A stretch of DNA of 58,785 nt from Chlamydiota bacterium. Its GTDB lineage: Bacteria; Chlamydiota; Chlamydiia; Chlamydiales; SM23-39. How positions within the stretch are numbered: position 1 is the first letter of the stretch; the number at the start of each line of letters is the position of its first letter. Both the position numbers and the translations under genes were made by a program. This document shows, one piece after another, positions 27,095 through 36,478 of the stretch. The stretch lies in contig JANPFC010000148.1 of assembly GCA_031423235.1 (NCBI GenBank), positions 1 to 58,785 of the forward strand. Reading direction: 5' to 3'. The notes under the pieces were generated by a model. That model saw only the letters and a program-made list of their open reading frames with translations, did not search any database and was not told the DNA's origin.

Positions 27095-27750
27095 AAAGAG
27101 ATCCTTGTTCGAATGATTTCAGCAACTGCTTTTGGGTTTTCTAAGTGAACGATGTGCCCTGCATCGGGTACGAGAATTGGATTTTTGTAGAGCGCGCGGA
27201 ATTTTTCATCTCTATCGCCCACGATCACATGGTCGATTTCGTAACGGGGCTGTTTAGCCAAACTGTAATGGATGAGAGCGGCGGCTAAGCCAGGGACGTT
27301 TTGTTTATTGCGCATCGTAAAATCGGGCTTAAAGTTTTTAAAAATGGATTGATCGTACCAGTGCAAAAGAAACTCGTCAATCGGAAGTTCCAAAAGAAGT
27401 TTTGCCCACTCGGTATCGGTTTGGAGCCGCTTTTGCTTTTCATCTTCGGTTTTTAAACCGGGATGCGCAGACATGATTGTGAGTGAGGCGATTTGCTCGG
27501 GATGTTTGAGAGCGTAGCTCATTGCAATCCGGCCGCCCATCGAGTAACCAACGAGGTGGAAGCGGGGAATGTCGATTTCAATTTCTTTGGCAAAATGTGA
27601 ATCGCCATGTCCCGGCAAATCAATTCCGATGCACTGACAATTAGGTAGAAATGAGCAGATAGATTCCCAATCTTCAGCTCTTCCTAAGAATCCATGGAGG
27701 AATACAAGCGGGATGCCTGATCCTGATTTGAGTGTTTTTTTAGCAAGCAT
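27091..27750 (-). CDS. menH: SHCHC synthase (alpha/beta hydrolase)
   Basis: FLHGFLG, DLPGHG, GYSMGGR, G..D.KF, AGH.VHLENP; directly upstream of menB. Confidence 0.88.
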   Translation of the reverse strand: MLAKKTLKSGSGIPLVFLHGFLGRAEDWESICSFLPNCQCIGIDLPGHGDSHFAKEIEIDIPRFHLVGYSMGGRIAMSYALKHPEQIASLTIMSAHPGLKTEDEKQKRLQTDTEWAKLLLELPIDEFLLHWYDQSIFKNFKPDFTMRNKQNVPGLAAALIHYSLAKQPRYEIDHVIVGDRDEKFRALYKNPILVPDAGHIVHLENPKAVAEIIRTRISL

Positions 27751-27751
27751 A

Positions 27752-29383
27752 TTAGAAACTAGCCATGACCCCGAAGTGCAGTTTGCTGCCGACGGTGTGG
27801 AATTCAATCTCGTGCATTCTAAATCCCCAGTCAAGGCGTGCAGATAAGTAGTCGGCGATGCTGTAGCGGACGCCAGGGCCGATGCCTATGAGCTGCTGCC
27901 ACTGAGTCTCGCCAGGCGTTTCATGGACGTTTCTGCCCGTTCCGTAGTCAAAAAAGCCAAGGAACGTGAGACTGTCCGGATGTTTGCAGAGGGAGCGGAA
28001 TACGCGGAATGAGGGGCAGTGGAGCTCGAGATTGACGCAGATCGCATCATCGTAATTCACCTCTCTTTCGTCGTAGCCGCGGACGGTGTCGTAGCCGCCT
28101 AAGCCGAACTGCTCGGAAGGGACAAGGTTTTGGCTGGAAACTTGGCTGCGAATGGTTGTGAGGAGCTCAAATTTATAAGGCCATTGCCAAGTGTCTGCAA
28201 TGCCTGCCATCCCATAGATGTAGTGATTGACAGCGCCTGGGTGGAGTTCTGCAAAGTGGCTGTTTTCTTGGTTGGCTACCCATTCACCGGGAGACCAGTT
28301 TAATTCTAGATCGAATGTGATTCTATTGGTCTTCCAGTTTTGGCTGAGTCTATAGCCTGCATATAGCTGGGTGAGGTTGACTGCCTTTGTGACAATGGGT
28401 GCTGCTGCAAGCTGTTCTTCAGAGAAAAATTCGAGGTCGTTATGGAGGTACTTGAAGTCCAATCCAAGCGATAGTTCGTGATAGAGGGGCTTAAACATCG
28501 GTTTGAAGGGGATGTCGTAGCGAAGGCTTGCTTGCGCGCTATGTCCTGAAGAGGGGAAGTCGGTGATATCTGGCTGGACGTGGGAATAGCCGCCGAACAC
28601 GATCAGGAGATGCCTCCATGGAAGGGGGGCAAGGTAGTGGAGCGTGTGAGCCCAGAATTTTTTGTATTCGGGGGCTGTTGTGAACTGGTATGAGATGACG
28701 TGGTCATCCAAAATGCCGCGGGAGTTGAAGCCGGCCCAAATTCTTGTTTCATCTGTCACTTCAACGCCTGTGTTATCGACGCCGGCGTAGACTCTGAGGG
28801 GAAAGCGGTCTTTGACTTGGAGTTCGATATCGGTTTGTCTTTCGCCTGCGCCGGGTGTGAAGAATACGTCTGCATGGCGGAAAGGGTTCCTGTTGATCCA
28901 GGCGATATCATTTAAAAGGATGTTTGTGTCGATAGGGCCGGTTGGGCATAGGCCGATTTCTCTTTGAAAGCTTGCATCTGAGAAGTAGCGGTTGCATTTC
29001 ACTTGAACGCATCCCATCACCCCTTCAACGACGACTAATTGAACCACCCCGTCATTTACTTTTTGGCCTGGGATTTCAACTGTAACAATCGGAAATCCTT
29101 GATCGCGGTAATAGAGAATAACGGCTCTTTTAAGCTCGATGATGTCGTTTTGCGTTAAGGGCTGATCGATGAACCGGCAGGATAGTTCGTTATTGAGTTT
29201 CTCGATTCCTCCAGGAACGCATAGACCCTCTGCTTGAAATCCCCTTACGTCATCGCTATTTGCCGAAGTGTCATGGCTGGGAACGAGCAATACTCCTTTC
29301 AGTTGATGTGTATCGGCTAGCTCGCTTGCCAGAATGGGAGAGATTAGAAGCAAAAAAGCTAGGCATGCAGAAGAAATATTCAT
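27752..29383 (-). CDS. TpsB (ShlB/FhaC/HecB family) two-partner secretion transporter
   Basis: Signal peptide, POTRA-like YRDQGF..V.IP.Q.V..GVV.LVVVEG, GGYDTVRGY, terminal Phe. Confidence 0.92.
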   Translation of the reverse strand: MNISSACLAFLLLISPILASELADTHQLKGVLLVPSHDTSANSDDVRGFQAEGLCVPGGIEKLNNELSCRFIDQPLTQNDIIELKRAVILYYRDQGFPIVTVEIPGQKVNDGVVQLVVVEGVMGCVQVKCNRYFSDASFQREIGLCPTGPIDTNILLNDIAWINRNPFRHADVFFTPGAGERQTDIELQVKDRFPLRVYAGVDNTGVEVTDETRIWAGFNSRGILDDHVISYQFTTAPEYKKFWAHTLHYLAPLPWRHLLIVFGGYSHVQPDITDFPSSGHSAQASLRYDIPFKPMFKPLYHELSLGLDFKYLHNDLEFFSEEQLAAAPIVTKAVNLTQLYAGYRLSQNWKTNRITFDLELNWSPGEWVANQENSHFAELHPGAVNHYIYGMAGIADTWQWPYKFELLTTIRSQVSSQNLVPSEQFGLGGYDTVRGYDEREVNYDDAICVNLELHCPSFRVFRSLCKHPDSLTFLGFFDYGTGRNVHETPGETQWQQLIGIGPGVRYSIADYLSARLDWGFRMHEIEFHTVGSKLHFGVMASF

Positions 29384-32300
29384 AACTGATCCAATTTAAG
29401 GGTGCGGTAATTTTTATATTGTTCATGGGCGATTTCGTAACTCATATCCGCGGGCGCTTCCACGTAAGCGGTTTGGTTGAAGCGGACCCAAGTTGGGATA
29501 TAGGAAATTGTATTGTAAGCAAAATGGACTCTCCAGCTATATAAAGCTTCTGTCGAGGCGGGGGTGAATTCAGTTAGAAATACTTTCTCGAAGGCTCCTG
29601 AGGCGATCACCCCTTTGTAAAATAGGGTGAACATGGGTGCGAGAGGATTTACAAATGTGCTATTTGCATCTCCAAAGTAAACAAACCAGAGTTCTTGGTC
29701 TGTATCCACTAATTCTGGACCTTTAGTGAAAGATGCACCGTTCAGCGTGCCGCCAACAGTTACGTTTGACTGAGTGGATGCAAAAATGCGGAGGGGACCC
29801 ATTCCTGTTGTATAACCGTCGATAGCAGATCCAGCTTCTGTTATGAAGAATGCGTTAGTGCCGACGCTTGGAGGCGAGGGGTTATTATTGTCTGTGACTA
29901 AAGTGATTCCTCCCGTGCTATCGTTTGTGATGGCAGAGAATTCATTGAGGGAGATGGTTCTTCCCGCAATGAGCAAAATATCTCCAGTTCCCCCTCCGGC
30001 AACGGTGATTACGGCGGGGTTTCCGGCAGTGCCTGCTAGAATAATGTCATTTCCAACTGGGTCATGGATGTATCCGCCGCCGGCAGTAAAAATCGTGGCT
30101 CCAGACCCGGAGGCTGCGGTGGGGGACCCGTTTAATGTAAGATTGGCGGAAGGGTTTGTCAGTGTGAAATCGATGGTGTCTGTATCGAATATTCCGGAGT
30201 TGCCGATGAGTGCGCGCATGTCATTTCCTGGGCCGCCTGTCAATGTGATCCCGTTTGGACCTGTGGAAGTGATCGATATGATTCCATTTGGTAAAGGGCC
30301 CATGGGCGGAAGGTTTGATCCTCCTCCAACTGTAATTCCAGTACCTAAAAAACCGAGAAATATGGGAGAGCCAGGTCCGCCCATTATGGAGTAGTCTTTA
30401 CCCGTTAGAGTGGTATTCCCAGTTCCGGAACCGAAAGCCGACCCGATCACCGCACATGAGTTTCCTCCGTCAAGGATGTAATCTCCAGCAATCGTACAGG
30501 TGGTCGAGCCGCCGAAGAGCGTTCCGATGACAGCAAATGCGACATCACCAGTTCCGCCCGTTAGGGTGCAATTTCCTGTCCCATTTTGACCTGTAAGTGT
30601 GACGGTCACCGGGCCAAAGCCCGAAGCGATTCCTGCAAGTTCGACGTTTCCTTGGAGTAGAAGATCTCCACCAATAGTCACATTGACGAGATCGTTTCCA
30701 TTCACTCCAGTTAATTCAGGCATTAAAGATGCACCTCCTGAACCTATAGCGTGAAAGTTTCCTGCAACAGAGAGCGTGATATTTGAGCTGCTAAAGCTGC
30801 TAGAGGAAGCTGCAATATCGCCCCCTTCCAAGAAACAACTATTTGCTCCTGCGGTAGTAGTTGTTATATTAAGAGAAGCTCCTCCTTGAATGAGGTTGCC
30901 AGCCATGCTGCCGCCATTCATCGCTAACGTTCCCGTTCTGATGAGAGTATTATCACCATTGATAGTTGGTTTAGCGGAGGGGTTAGCGCCCCCCTGCATA
31001 GTAATATCAGCACAATAAATTGTGAGATTTCCAGCCGCGGCGGATCTTTGTATTTCGCTTATTGCTAGCGCTGTGGTTGTGCCTAGAGAGACTGCACCCA
31101 TAGGGGTTAGCATGGTTCCAATGGAAATATTTCCTGGCGCCGCTATCGAGGCGGAAGATCCTAAAGAATCACTCGGCTGTAGTAAAATTGTGCCGCCTCC
31201 TGTAACAGCAACCTCTGCAACTCCGTATCCTCTGATCTCTCCAGCAAAACCGGCTCCTCCACCGTATATATTCAGAGCGGTTGCTGCATTTACAGAAATA
31301 GTTCCGCTGTTTGATGAAAGGCTAGAAAGAGCCATGAGAGTATGATCCGAGCGGCCGATATTCACTGTTGGCGCGTTAACTGAAATTGCATCTACTCCGA
31401 CTCCAAAAGCTGCAGTTACATCAACTGCCGCTTGGATGTCGATTGTGCTGCCAGCATCTGTTGCAACCAGAGTCAGAGTATTCGAAGCGAACCAAATAAC
31501 TGGAGATATTACGGTGATGCTTCCAGTCCCCCCGACCATCCCTGTTGTGCTCGCGTTTATGCAGACGTTATTGGTCCCAAGGGCACCGGTTAGTGTGGAA
31601 GCTTTGATATTGGAGGTTGGGTTGACGCCGAAGTCGAAGTCGTGATTACATGGAGCTATGCCTACATTAATCACAAAACCTGTGTCGGCTGGCGTCTCAT
31701 CGATTGTTACTGCGCATGGGTCAAAGAGGAGTGTTCCTCCTTTCCCAAAGGGGGCTGCGGTATTTACCTTTCCTTCTGGGTCGATTTCAAGAAGGCCTTT
31801 GCTTGACAGTTCGACGAGGCCGCCATCTCCGCCATTTGGGCCGCCCTGAGCTGAGATCTCACCATGAAATCCCGTTCCGGCATCACTCCAAACAATCACT
31901 TTCCCACCGTCGCCGCCGTCTCTTCCATCTGCATGGATGGATGCTCCTTTTTCGATCAGAGTGATCGATGCGTTGAGGATTTCTGGATTTTTCCCTTGGT
32001 AGCCGCCGCCGACAAGAACGGTCCCGCCACCAGAAACATCAATGCGGGCGCCGTCTCGTAAAACAACTTGGTCCCCAAGAATACGCACTTCGCCGTTCCC
32101 AGCTGAAATAGGTCCGGAGACAGAAACAAAACCTTCTTCAGCGAAGAGGAAAACTTCGCCGTTCCGATTTTCGATGCGGGTGGCATCGGTTTGCCCTTTG
32201 TAATTGATCGCCATCGAGTAGGCGTTGCCGTCTGCTTTCAGTTCAGCCCTGAGGGCGTCGATTTTCCCCTCATGGGTAATGCCTGTATCGGCCTTTTCAG

Positions 32301-32907
32301 CAGGCGCCTTCAGCCGGATAAATAGCCGTTCGCCTGTTGGTTTTAGGACGATCTCTTGACCTGCTCCCATTGCAACGGTCCCTTTCGGAGCTTGGAGGCT
32401 GCCCTGATTATCCACTGTGTAGCCGAGGAGAATGACGTCTCCGTCCCAAGCATTGATTTGGCCGTAGTTGGTGATGGGACTGTTTGCGTCGCCCTTGAAG
32501 AGGATTTCTGAATTGGAAACAAAGTCTGCATCGAGAATATCCAAAGTGGAGGCGAGGAATGAGGCGGTGTTGATAACGGAATCTTTCCCAACGATTACGC
32601 CTGAGGGATTGATGAGATAGACTTTGCCATTGGCCTCGAGGGTTCCCATAAGCTGACTCATATGGCCGCCGGTCACACGGTTGAGCACCGCTGCATCGGA
32701 ACTCGGTTGGAGAAAGCGGGTGAGTTCGCCAGGACTGATCGAGAATTCATTCCAGTGGATCACAGCTTTGTCGCTTGCGGTGATATGGAGCGTGTTAGCG
32801 TCCATCTTTTGGAGAGTCACCGCTCCTGCTGCAACATTTGGATCTTGGGGATTGCCGAAGAGTGCAAAAGTGAACCCAAGTATAGGGATTGCAAGGAAGC
32901 GATTCAT
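29380..32907 (-). CDS. TpsA filamentous-hemagglutinin-like exoprotein
   Basis: Signal peptide; TPS domain I.W.EFSI, LNRVTG, G.L.ANG.VYLINPSG; GG.VELS motif; long Gly/Thr-rich beta-helix-like region; overlaps tpsB. Confidence 0.92.
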   Translation of the reverse strand: MNRFLAIPILGFTFALFGNPQDPNVAAGAVTLQKMDANTLHITASDKAVIHWNEFSISPGELTRFLQPSSDAAVLNRVTGGHMSQLMGTLEANGKVYLINPSGVIVGKDSVINTASFLASTLDILDADFVSNSEILFKGDANSPITNYGQINAWDGDVILLGYTVDNQGSLQAPKGTVAMGAGQEIVLKPTGERLFIRLKAPAEKADTGITHEGKIDALRAELKADGNAYSMAINYKGQTDATRIENRNGEVFLFAEEGFVSVSGPISAGNGEVRILGDQVVLRDGARIDVSGGGTVLVGGGYQGKNPEILNASITLIEKGASIHADGRDGGDGGKVIVWSDAGTGFHGEISAQGGPNGGDGGLVELSSKGLLEIDPEGKVNTAAPFGKGGTLLFDPCAVTIDETPADTGFVINVGIAPCNHDFDFGVNPTSNIKASTLTGALGTNNVCINASTTGMVGGTGSITVISPVIWFASNTLTLVATDAGSTIDIQAAVDVTAAFGVGVDAISVNAPTVNIGRSDHTLMALSSLSSNSGTISVNAATALNIYGGGAGFAGEIRGYGVAEVAVTGGGTILLQPSDSLGSSASIAAPGNISIGTMLTPMGAVSLGTTTALAISEIQRSAAAGNLTIYCADITMQGGANPSAKPTINGDNTLIRTGTLAMNGGSMAGNLIQGGASLNITTTTAGANSCFLEGGDIAASSSSFSSSNITLSVAGNFHAIGSGGASLMPELTGVNGNDLVNVTIGGDLLLQGNVELAGIASGFGPVTVTLTGQNGTGNCTLTGGTGDVAFAVIGTLFGGSTTCTIAGDYILDGGNSCAVIGSAFGSGTGNTTLTGKDYSIMGGPGSPIFLGFLGTGITVGGGSNLPPMGPLPNGIISITSTGPNGITLTGGPGNDMRALIGNSGIFDTDTIDFTLTNPSANLTLNGSPTAASGSGATIFTAGGGYIHDPVGNDIILAGTAGNPAVITVAGGGTGDILLIAGRTISLNEFSAITNDSTGGITLVTDNNNPSPPSVGTNAFFITEAGSAIDGYTTGMGPLRIFASTQSNVTVGGTLNGASFTKGPELVDTDQELWFVYFGDANSTFVNPLAPMFTLFYKGVIASGAFEKVFLTEFTPASTEALYSWRVHFAYNTISYIPTWVRFNQTAYVEAPADMSYEIAHEQYKNYRTLKLDQL

Positions 32908-33004
32908 AGAAACTCCAATTTTTGGCTCGCCGTTTTCAAAATATTTCTAGCCAGCATATTCACCGAATCTTACACTGCACTCTACATTTTTAAAAGAGGA
33001 ATTC

Positions 33005-34030
33005 ATGCGGCAATTGTTTGCGGTATTTACGGTGATTTGCGCCTCCATGTATGGCGAATGCGGACCTGGGATAAAACTGTTTGGCGGAAATTCGAATCCT
33101 TTGCTTACTGAAGCGGTCGCAAAGTGTTTGGATACTGAAGTGAGCAAGGCAATAGTCAGCAAGTTCAATGATGGGGAAATCCGGATTCAGATTTTGGATA
33201 ATGTGCGAAATTGCGATGTATTCATCTTGCAGTCCACCTGCATTAGCGAAGATTCAACCGTAAATGATAATCTCATGGAGCTTTATTTGATGGTCAGGGC
33301 CATGAAACGGTCGTCTGCGAAATCGGTAACAGCGGTCATTCCCTATTTTGGCTATGCACGGCAAGATCGGAAGACGATTAGCCGGGTTCCTATTTCCGCA
33401 TCGGATGTGGCGATGCTTTTGGAAGTGGCTGGCGCCGATCATGTGGTGGCAGTCGACTTGCACTGCGGTCAGATTCAAGGATTTTTCCACGAAACACCAG
33501 TTGATAATCTCTATGCATCGACGATTTTCGTCCCTTATGTTGCAAGGCTTGGGCTCTATGATCCGGTGATTGTCTCCCCCGATGCCGGTGGAGTTGAGCG
33601 GGCGAAGAATTTCATCGAAGGGCTCCAATCGCTAGGCGTCCCTTCCAAGATGGCAATCATCGTTAAACAAAGAGCTGATGCAGGAGTGATCGAGTCGATG
33701 AATTTGGTAGGTAAAGTGCGGGGCAGCGATGTGGTGATTGTCGACGATATTTGCGATACTGCAGGGACGCTTGTTCAGGCCGCTAAAGAACTGAAAGAAC
33801 AGGGGGCGAGAAGGGTATTTGCTTGTATTACGCATCCGATTCTCTCTGGTCCTGCGTGCATGAGGATTGGAGATTCTTGCTTGGAAGAGCTGGTTGTGGC
33901 AGACACGATTCCGCTTAGAGGGGATGTTCCGAGAAATGTAAGGCAGCTTTCGGTGGCGCCGCTCATTGCGAATGCAATCTTGCGGATTACGAATGGCGAA
34001 TCGATCTCCGATTTATTTAAGTACAATTAG
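33005..34030 (+). CDS. prs: Ribose-phosphate pyrophosphokinase with signal-peptide-like N-terminal extension
   Basis: FNDGEI, PYFGYARQDRK, DLH..QIQGFF, VSPDAGG, VDDICDTAGT, ITHP. Confidence 0.95.
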   Translation: MRQLFAVFTVICASMYGECGPGIKLFGGNSNPLLTEAVAKCLDTEVSKAIVSKFNDGEIRIQILDNVRNCDVFILQSTCISEDSTVNDNLMELYLMVRAMKRSSAKSVTAVIPYFGYARQDRKTISRVPISASDVAMLLEVAGADHVVAVDLHCGQIQGFFHETPVDNLYASTIFVPYVARLGLYDPVIVSPDAGGVERAKNFIEGLQSLGVPSKMAIIVKQRADAGVIESMNLVGKVRGSDVVIVDDICDTAGTLVQAAKELKEQGARRVFACITHPILSGPACMRIGDSCLEELVVADTIPLRGDVPRNVRQLSVAPLIANAILRITNGESISDLFKYN

Positions 34031-34051
34031 CTATCGTTGGGATTGTCAAGG

Positions 34052-34135
34052 AACATGATATGAAGGATATAATGATACGCATGATAAAAAATAATTTTAT
34101 TATCAAGTGTATCATTATATCCTTCATATCATGTT
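34052..34135. repeat. Intergenic hairpin with 8/9-nt periodic GATA units
   Basis: 36-bp arms 34052-34087 and 34100-34135, 2 mismatches, outer 27 bp perfect; lies between convergent genes. Confidence 0.85.
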
Positions 34136-34141
34136 ATTTGT

Positions 34142-36466
34142 CTAGTCTTGCGGGCCGTTGAGGGAGTCGATAGACCGGAGGCATTCAGCGAATAGCTCGA
34201 TTTGCAGAGGGTCAAGGCCCACAGTGAGGCGAGCGGTCGAGCTCTTTTCTCCAAATAGCATGCCGAAATTAGGATGGTATAGACCAAAGGTTCTCCGGTA
34301 AAACATCGGCTGGCCCTCTTCCATACATTTCAAGTAAAGCGGGCCGCCTACAAGCGCAGAGCTTCGGATTTTATGCAGCGGCCCTGATACACGAATGTCA
34401 ATAAAGGAGGGGAGAGCATCGGCATCAACTGGAATAATTCTATATTCCGAGGTTTTTTTGAAGAGTCTCTCAGGGACTGCATTGAGGAGTTTACGGGTGT
34501 TTTCAAAGATCGTTTTTCGATATTGATCCAAGTGGGGAACTGCATACCGATAAGCGAGGCAAAACCAACTTGCGCTCAACCGATCAGTCAAAAGCGAGGG
34601 GTCTTGGGTAAGGAGGTCAAAGGGGGCCCATTTCGGGTCGCGGTTGTGAATCATGTAGAAGGGGGCTCCCGCATAGTTGTCCATGCCGAACAGATCAAAC
34701 TTCAGTCCGCTTTTGTAACAGACGATGTTGAGAATGCCGCATTCGATCTCTTTCTGAAATTGGGTGAGGAGGTCGCCTACTTGGGGCGAGTCGATCAGAT
34801 CAATCGTACAATCTATGGCGGCTGTAAGGGGTTTCCCTTGCCGCAAGTTCAAAGCTTTGCTGAGGATTCCTCCGATGTTTTCTTGTTTGTAAGAGGGGAT
34901 TTCAGGTTCGGTCCGCTTTAAGACAGGATTGAATTGGACGAGGATGAGATCTGCCTCCAAGAAATCCTCTTCGCTTGCTTCCTCAGTAGATTTAGCGTTA
35001 TAAAGCTCGGTAGAGATCCCTACGCATTCGAAATAAGTGTTTTCTCCATAGAGGACTTTAGGGGCAGAGCCTTGGAGCTTTTCAACAGCCTTAAAAATCC
35101 CCGTGATGCTCGCCATTGCGCAAGAGTGGATGCTGCATGAGGTTAAGGGTCTTAAGGTTGAGGGGATAGAGGTAAGCTTGCTTAAATAGATCGGAGAGAA
35201 ATCAGCGGCGGAAAATGGGGCGGCGACTTCGAGTAGGTTTGATATGTGGGCAAAGATCTCTTCAAAATGGATGGCTGTTTCATGGAAGGGTGTGCTATTT
35301 TTTTCGTTTGCAATGGTTTTCAGCTCCTCCTCAATCTTTGACAGTGAGAGATTTGCTACGCCTGATCGGGTCGGATTCTGAAAGATTCCATCCCACTTCT
35401 CTTTAGGAACAGAATCAAATAGCCCCTTTAGAATGCTAAGAGCTCCCTGAACCATCAGATCTTTTTCCGGTCTGTCCGATTTCCAGTCAAAGGTGTTGAG
35501 AAAGGCGAAGTTGGGATGTTGAGGAGTTGAGAAAAGGCTGCAGCAGATATTGGATAGAGGGGAGGAACGATTGAGTTCTATTAGATTCGCTGTAATTCCC
35601 GATTGAGAAACCCAGTCTAAAAGATATCGATAGTCCTCTTCAGAAGACGATTGCGTCAGGGGGAGAATTCTTATGGCTCCGATTCCTCCGCACTCCACTT
35701 GCTGAATGCAAATCATCTCTTGTTTGGTTTGGGATAGCGTGGTGCGGAAGCTTTCCCATTCTTGAAGCCACTTTTCTGGGGTTTTTTCGGCAATGGCATG
35801 GGTTAGGTCGACGATGACTTTTCCTGTGGCCGCGGTCAGCTTTTGGATGTCATCCGGAGATGAAATTTCAAGATGCGAGGGGAGATATTCACTTATGTTG
35901 TAAGGACGAGTCAATATCAGCGGGTATGATTCGGGCTGTGGAAGCTGTTTTTTTAAGTCGTTCGACCGGTTGGCGTAGGTTCGAGAGGTTTGTCTTCCAG
36001 GATCTCTTGCATAACAGTTGGTTGTCTCTGGGTTTACTTGAATGGAATAGCCAAACATAGGACAAATCCAATCGATTTCTGCATTGTAGAACCCATTTGC
36101 CTTGGCTAGCCATCTCTTTTCCAGGAAGGCAAGAAGCTCTTTGTCTTGCTCTGAAGGGGTGGGTATTTGAGAAAGGAGCGCACGATGGGTGTGCCAGGAA
36201 CTTTGAGATGAGGGGATTGTTTCGGAACCTGGTCTGAATGCCTCAATACAGGTTTTTTGGGCTGCAGCACTTAGTAAACGGCTGAGAGCGAGACATTCAT
36301 TTCCATAGCTCGTGGCCCAAGGAGTGGGTTGGAAAAGAACCCATCCGGTTAATGCCCAATGGGAGGCGCACCTCAGGATTTCTCCCGTGGCAAGATAGAG
36401 AAGTGAATGGTTCCAGCAAAAAGCACTTATAAATAGGAACGCAAGTAACTTTGTTCTACTGCGCAT
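34142..36466 (-). CDS. Hypothetical exported protein with a C-terminal PLP-dependent (Cys/Met-metabolism-like) domain
   Basis: 774-aa ORF with signal-like N-terminus; SCAMASI, YFE, IDCT, KSGLKFDLFGMD parallel SGMAAI / VDNT / S.TKY..GH.D. Confidence 0.6.
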   Translation of the reverse strand: MRSRTKLLAFLFISAFCWNHSLLYLATGEILRCASHWALTGWVLFQPTPWATSYGNECLALSRLLSAAAQKTCIEAFRPGSETIPSSQSSWHTHRALLSQIPTPSEQDKELLAFLEKRWLAKANGFYNAEIDWICPMFGYSIQVNPETTNCYARDPGRQTSRTYANRSNDLKKQLPQPESYPLILTRPYNISEYLPSHLEISSPDDIQKLTAATGKVIVDLTHAIAEKTPEKWLQEWESFRTTLSQTKQEMICIQQVECGGIGAIRILPLTQSSSEEDYRYLLDWVSQSGITANLIELNRSSPLSNICCSLFSTPQHPNFAFLNTFDWKSDRPEKDLMVQGALSILKGLFDSVPKEKWDGIFQNPTRSGVANLSLSKIEEELKTIANEKNSTPFHETAIHFEEIFAHISNLLEVAAPFSAADFSPIYLSKLTSIPSTLRPLTSCSIHSCAMASITGIFKAVEKLQGSAPKVLYGENTYFECVGISTELYNAKSTEEASEEDFLEADLILVQFNPVLKRTEPEIPSYKQENIGGILSKALNLRQGKPLTAAIDCTIDLIDSPQVGDLLTQFQKEIECGILNIVCYKSGLKFDLFGMDNYAGAPFYMIHNRDPKWAPFDLLTQDPSLLTDRLSASWFCLAYRYAVPHLDQYRKTIFENTRKLLNAVPERLFKKTSEYRIIPVDADALPSFIDIRVSGPLHKIRSSALVGGPLYLKCMEEGQPMFYRRTFGLYHPNFGMLFGEKSSTARLTVGLDPLQIELFAECLRSIDSLNGPQD

Positions 36467-36478
36467 ACAATTGGTTAT

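Noticed and set aside
29380-32907. TpsA as a CdiA contact-dependent toxin
   Set aside because: Only 1175 aa, no VENN/pre-toxin motif, and no immunity gene between it and tpsB
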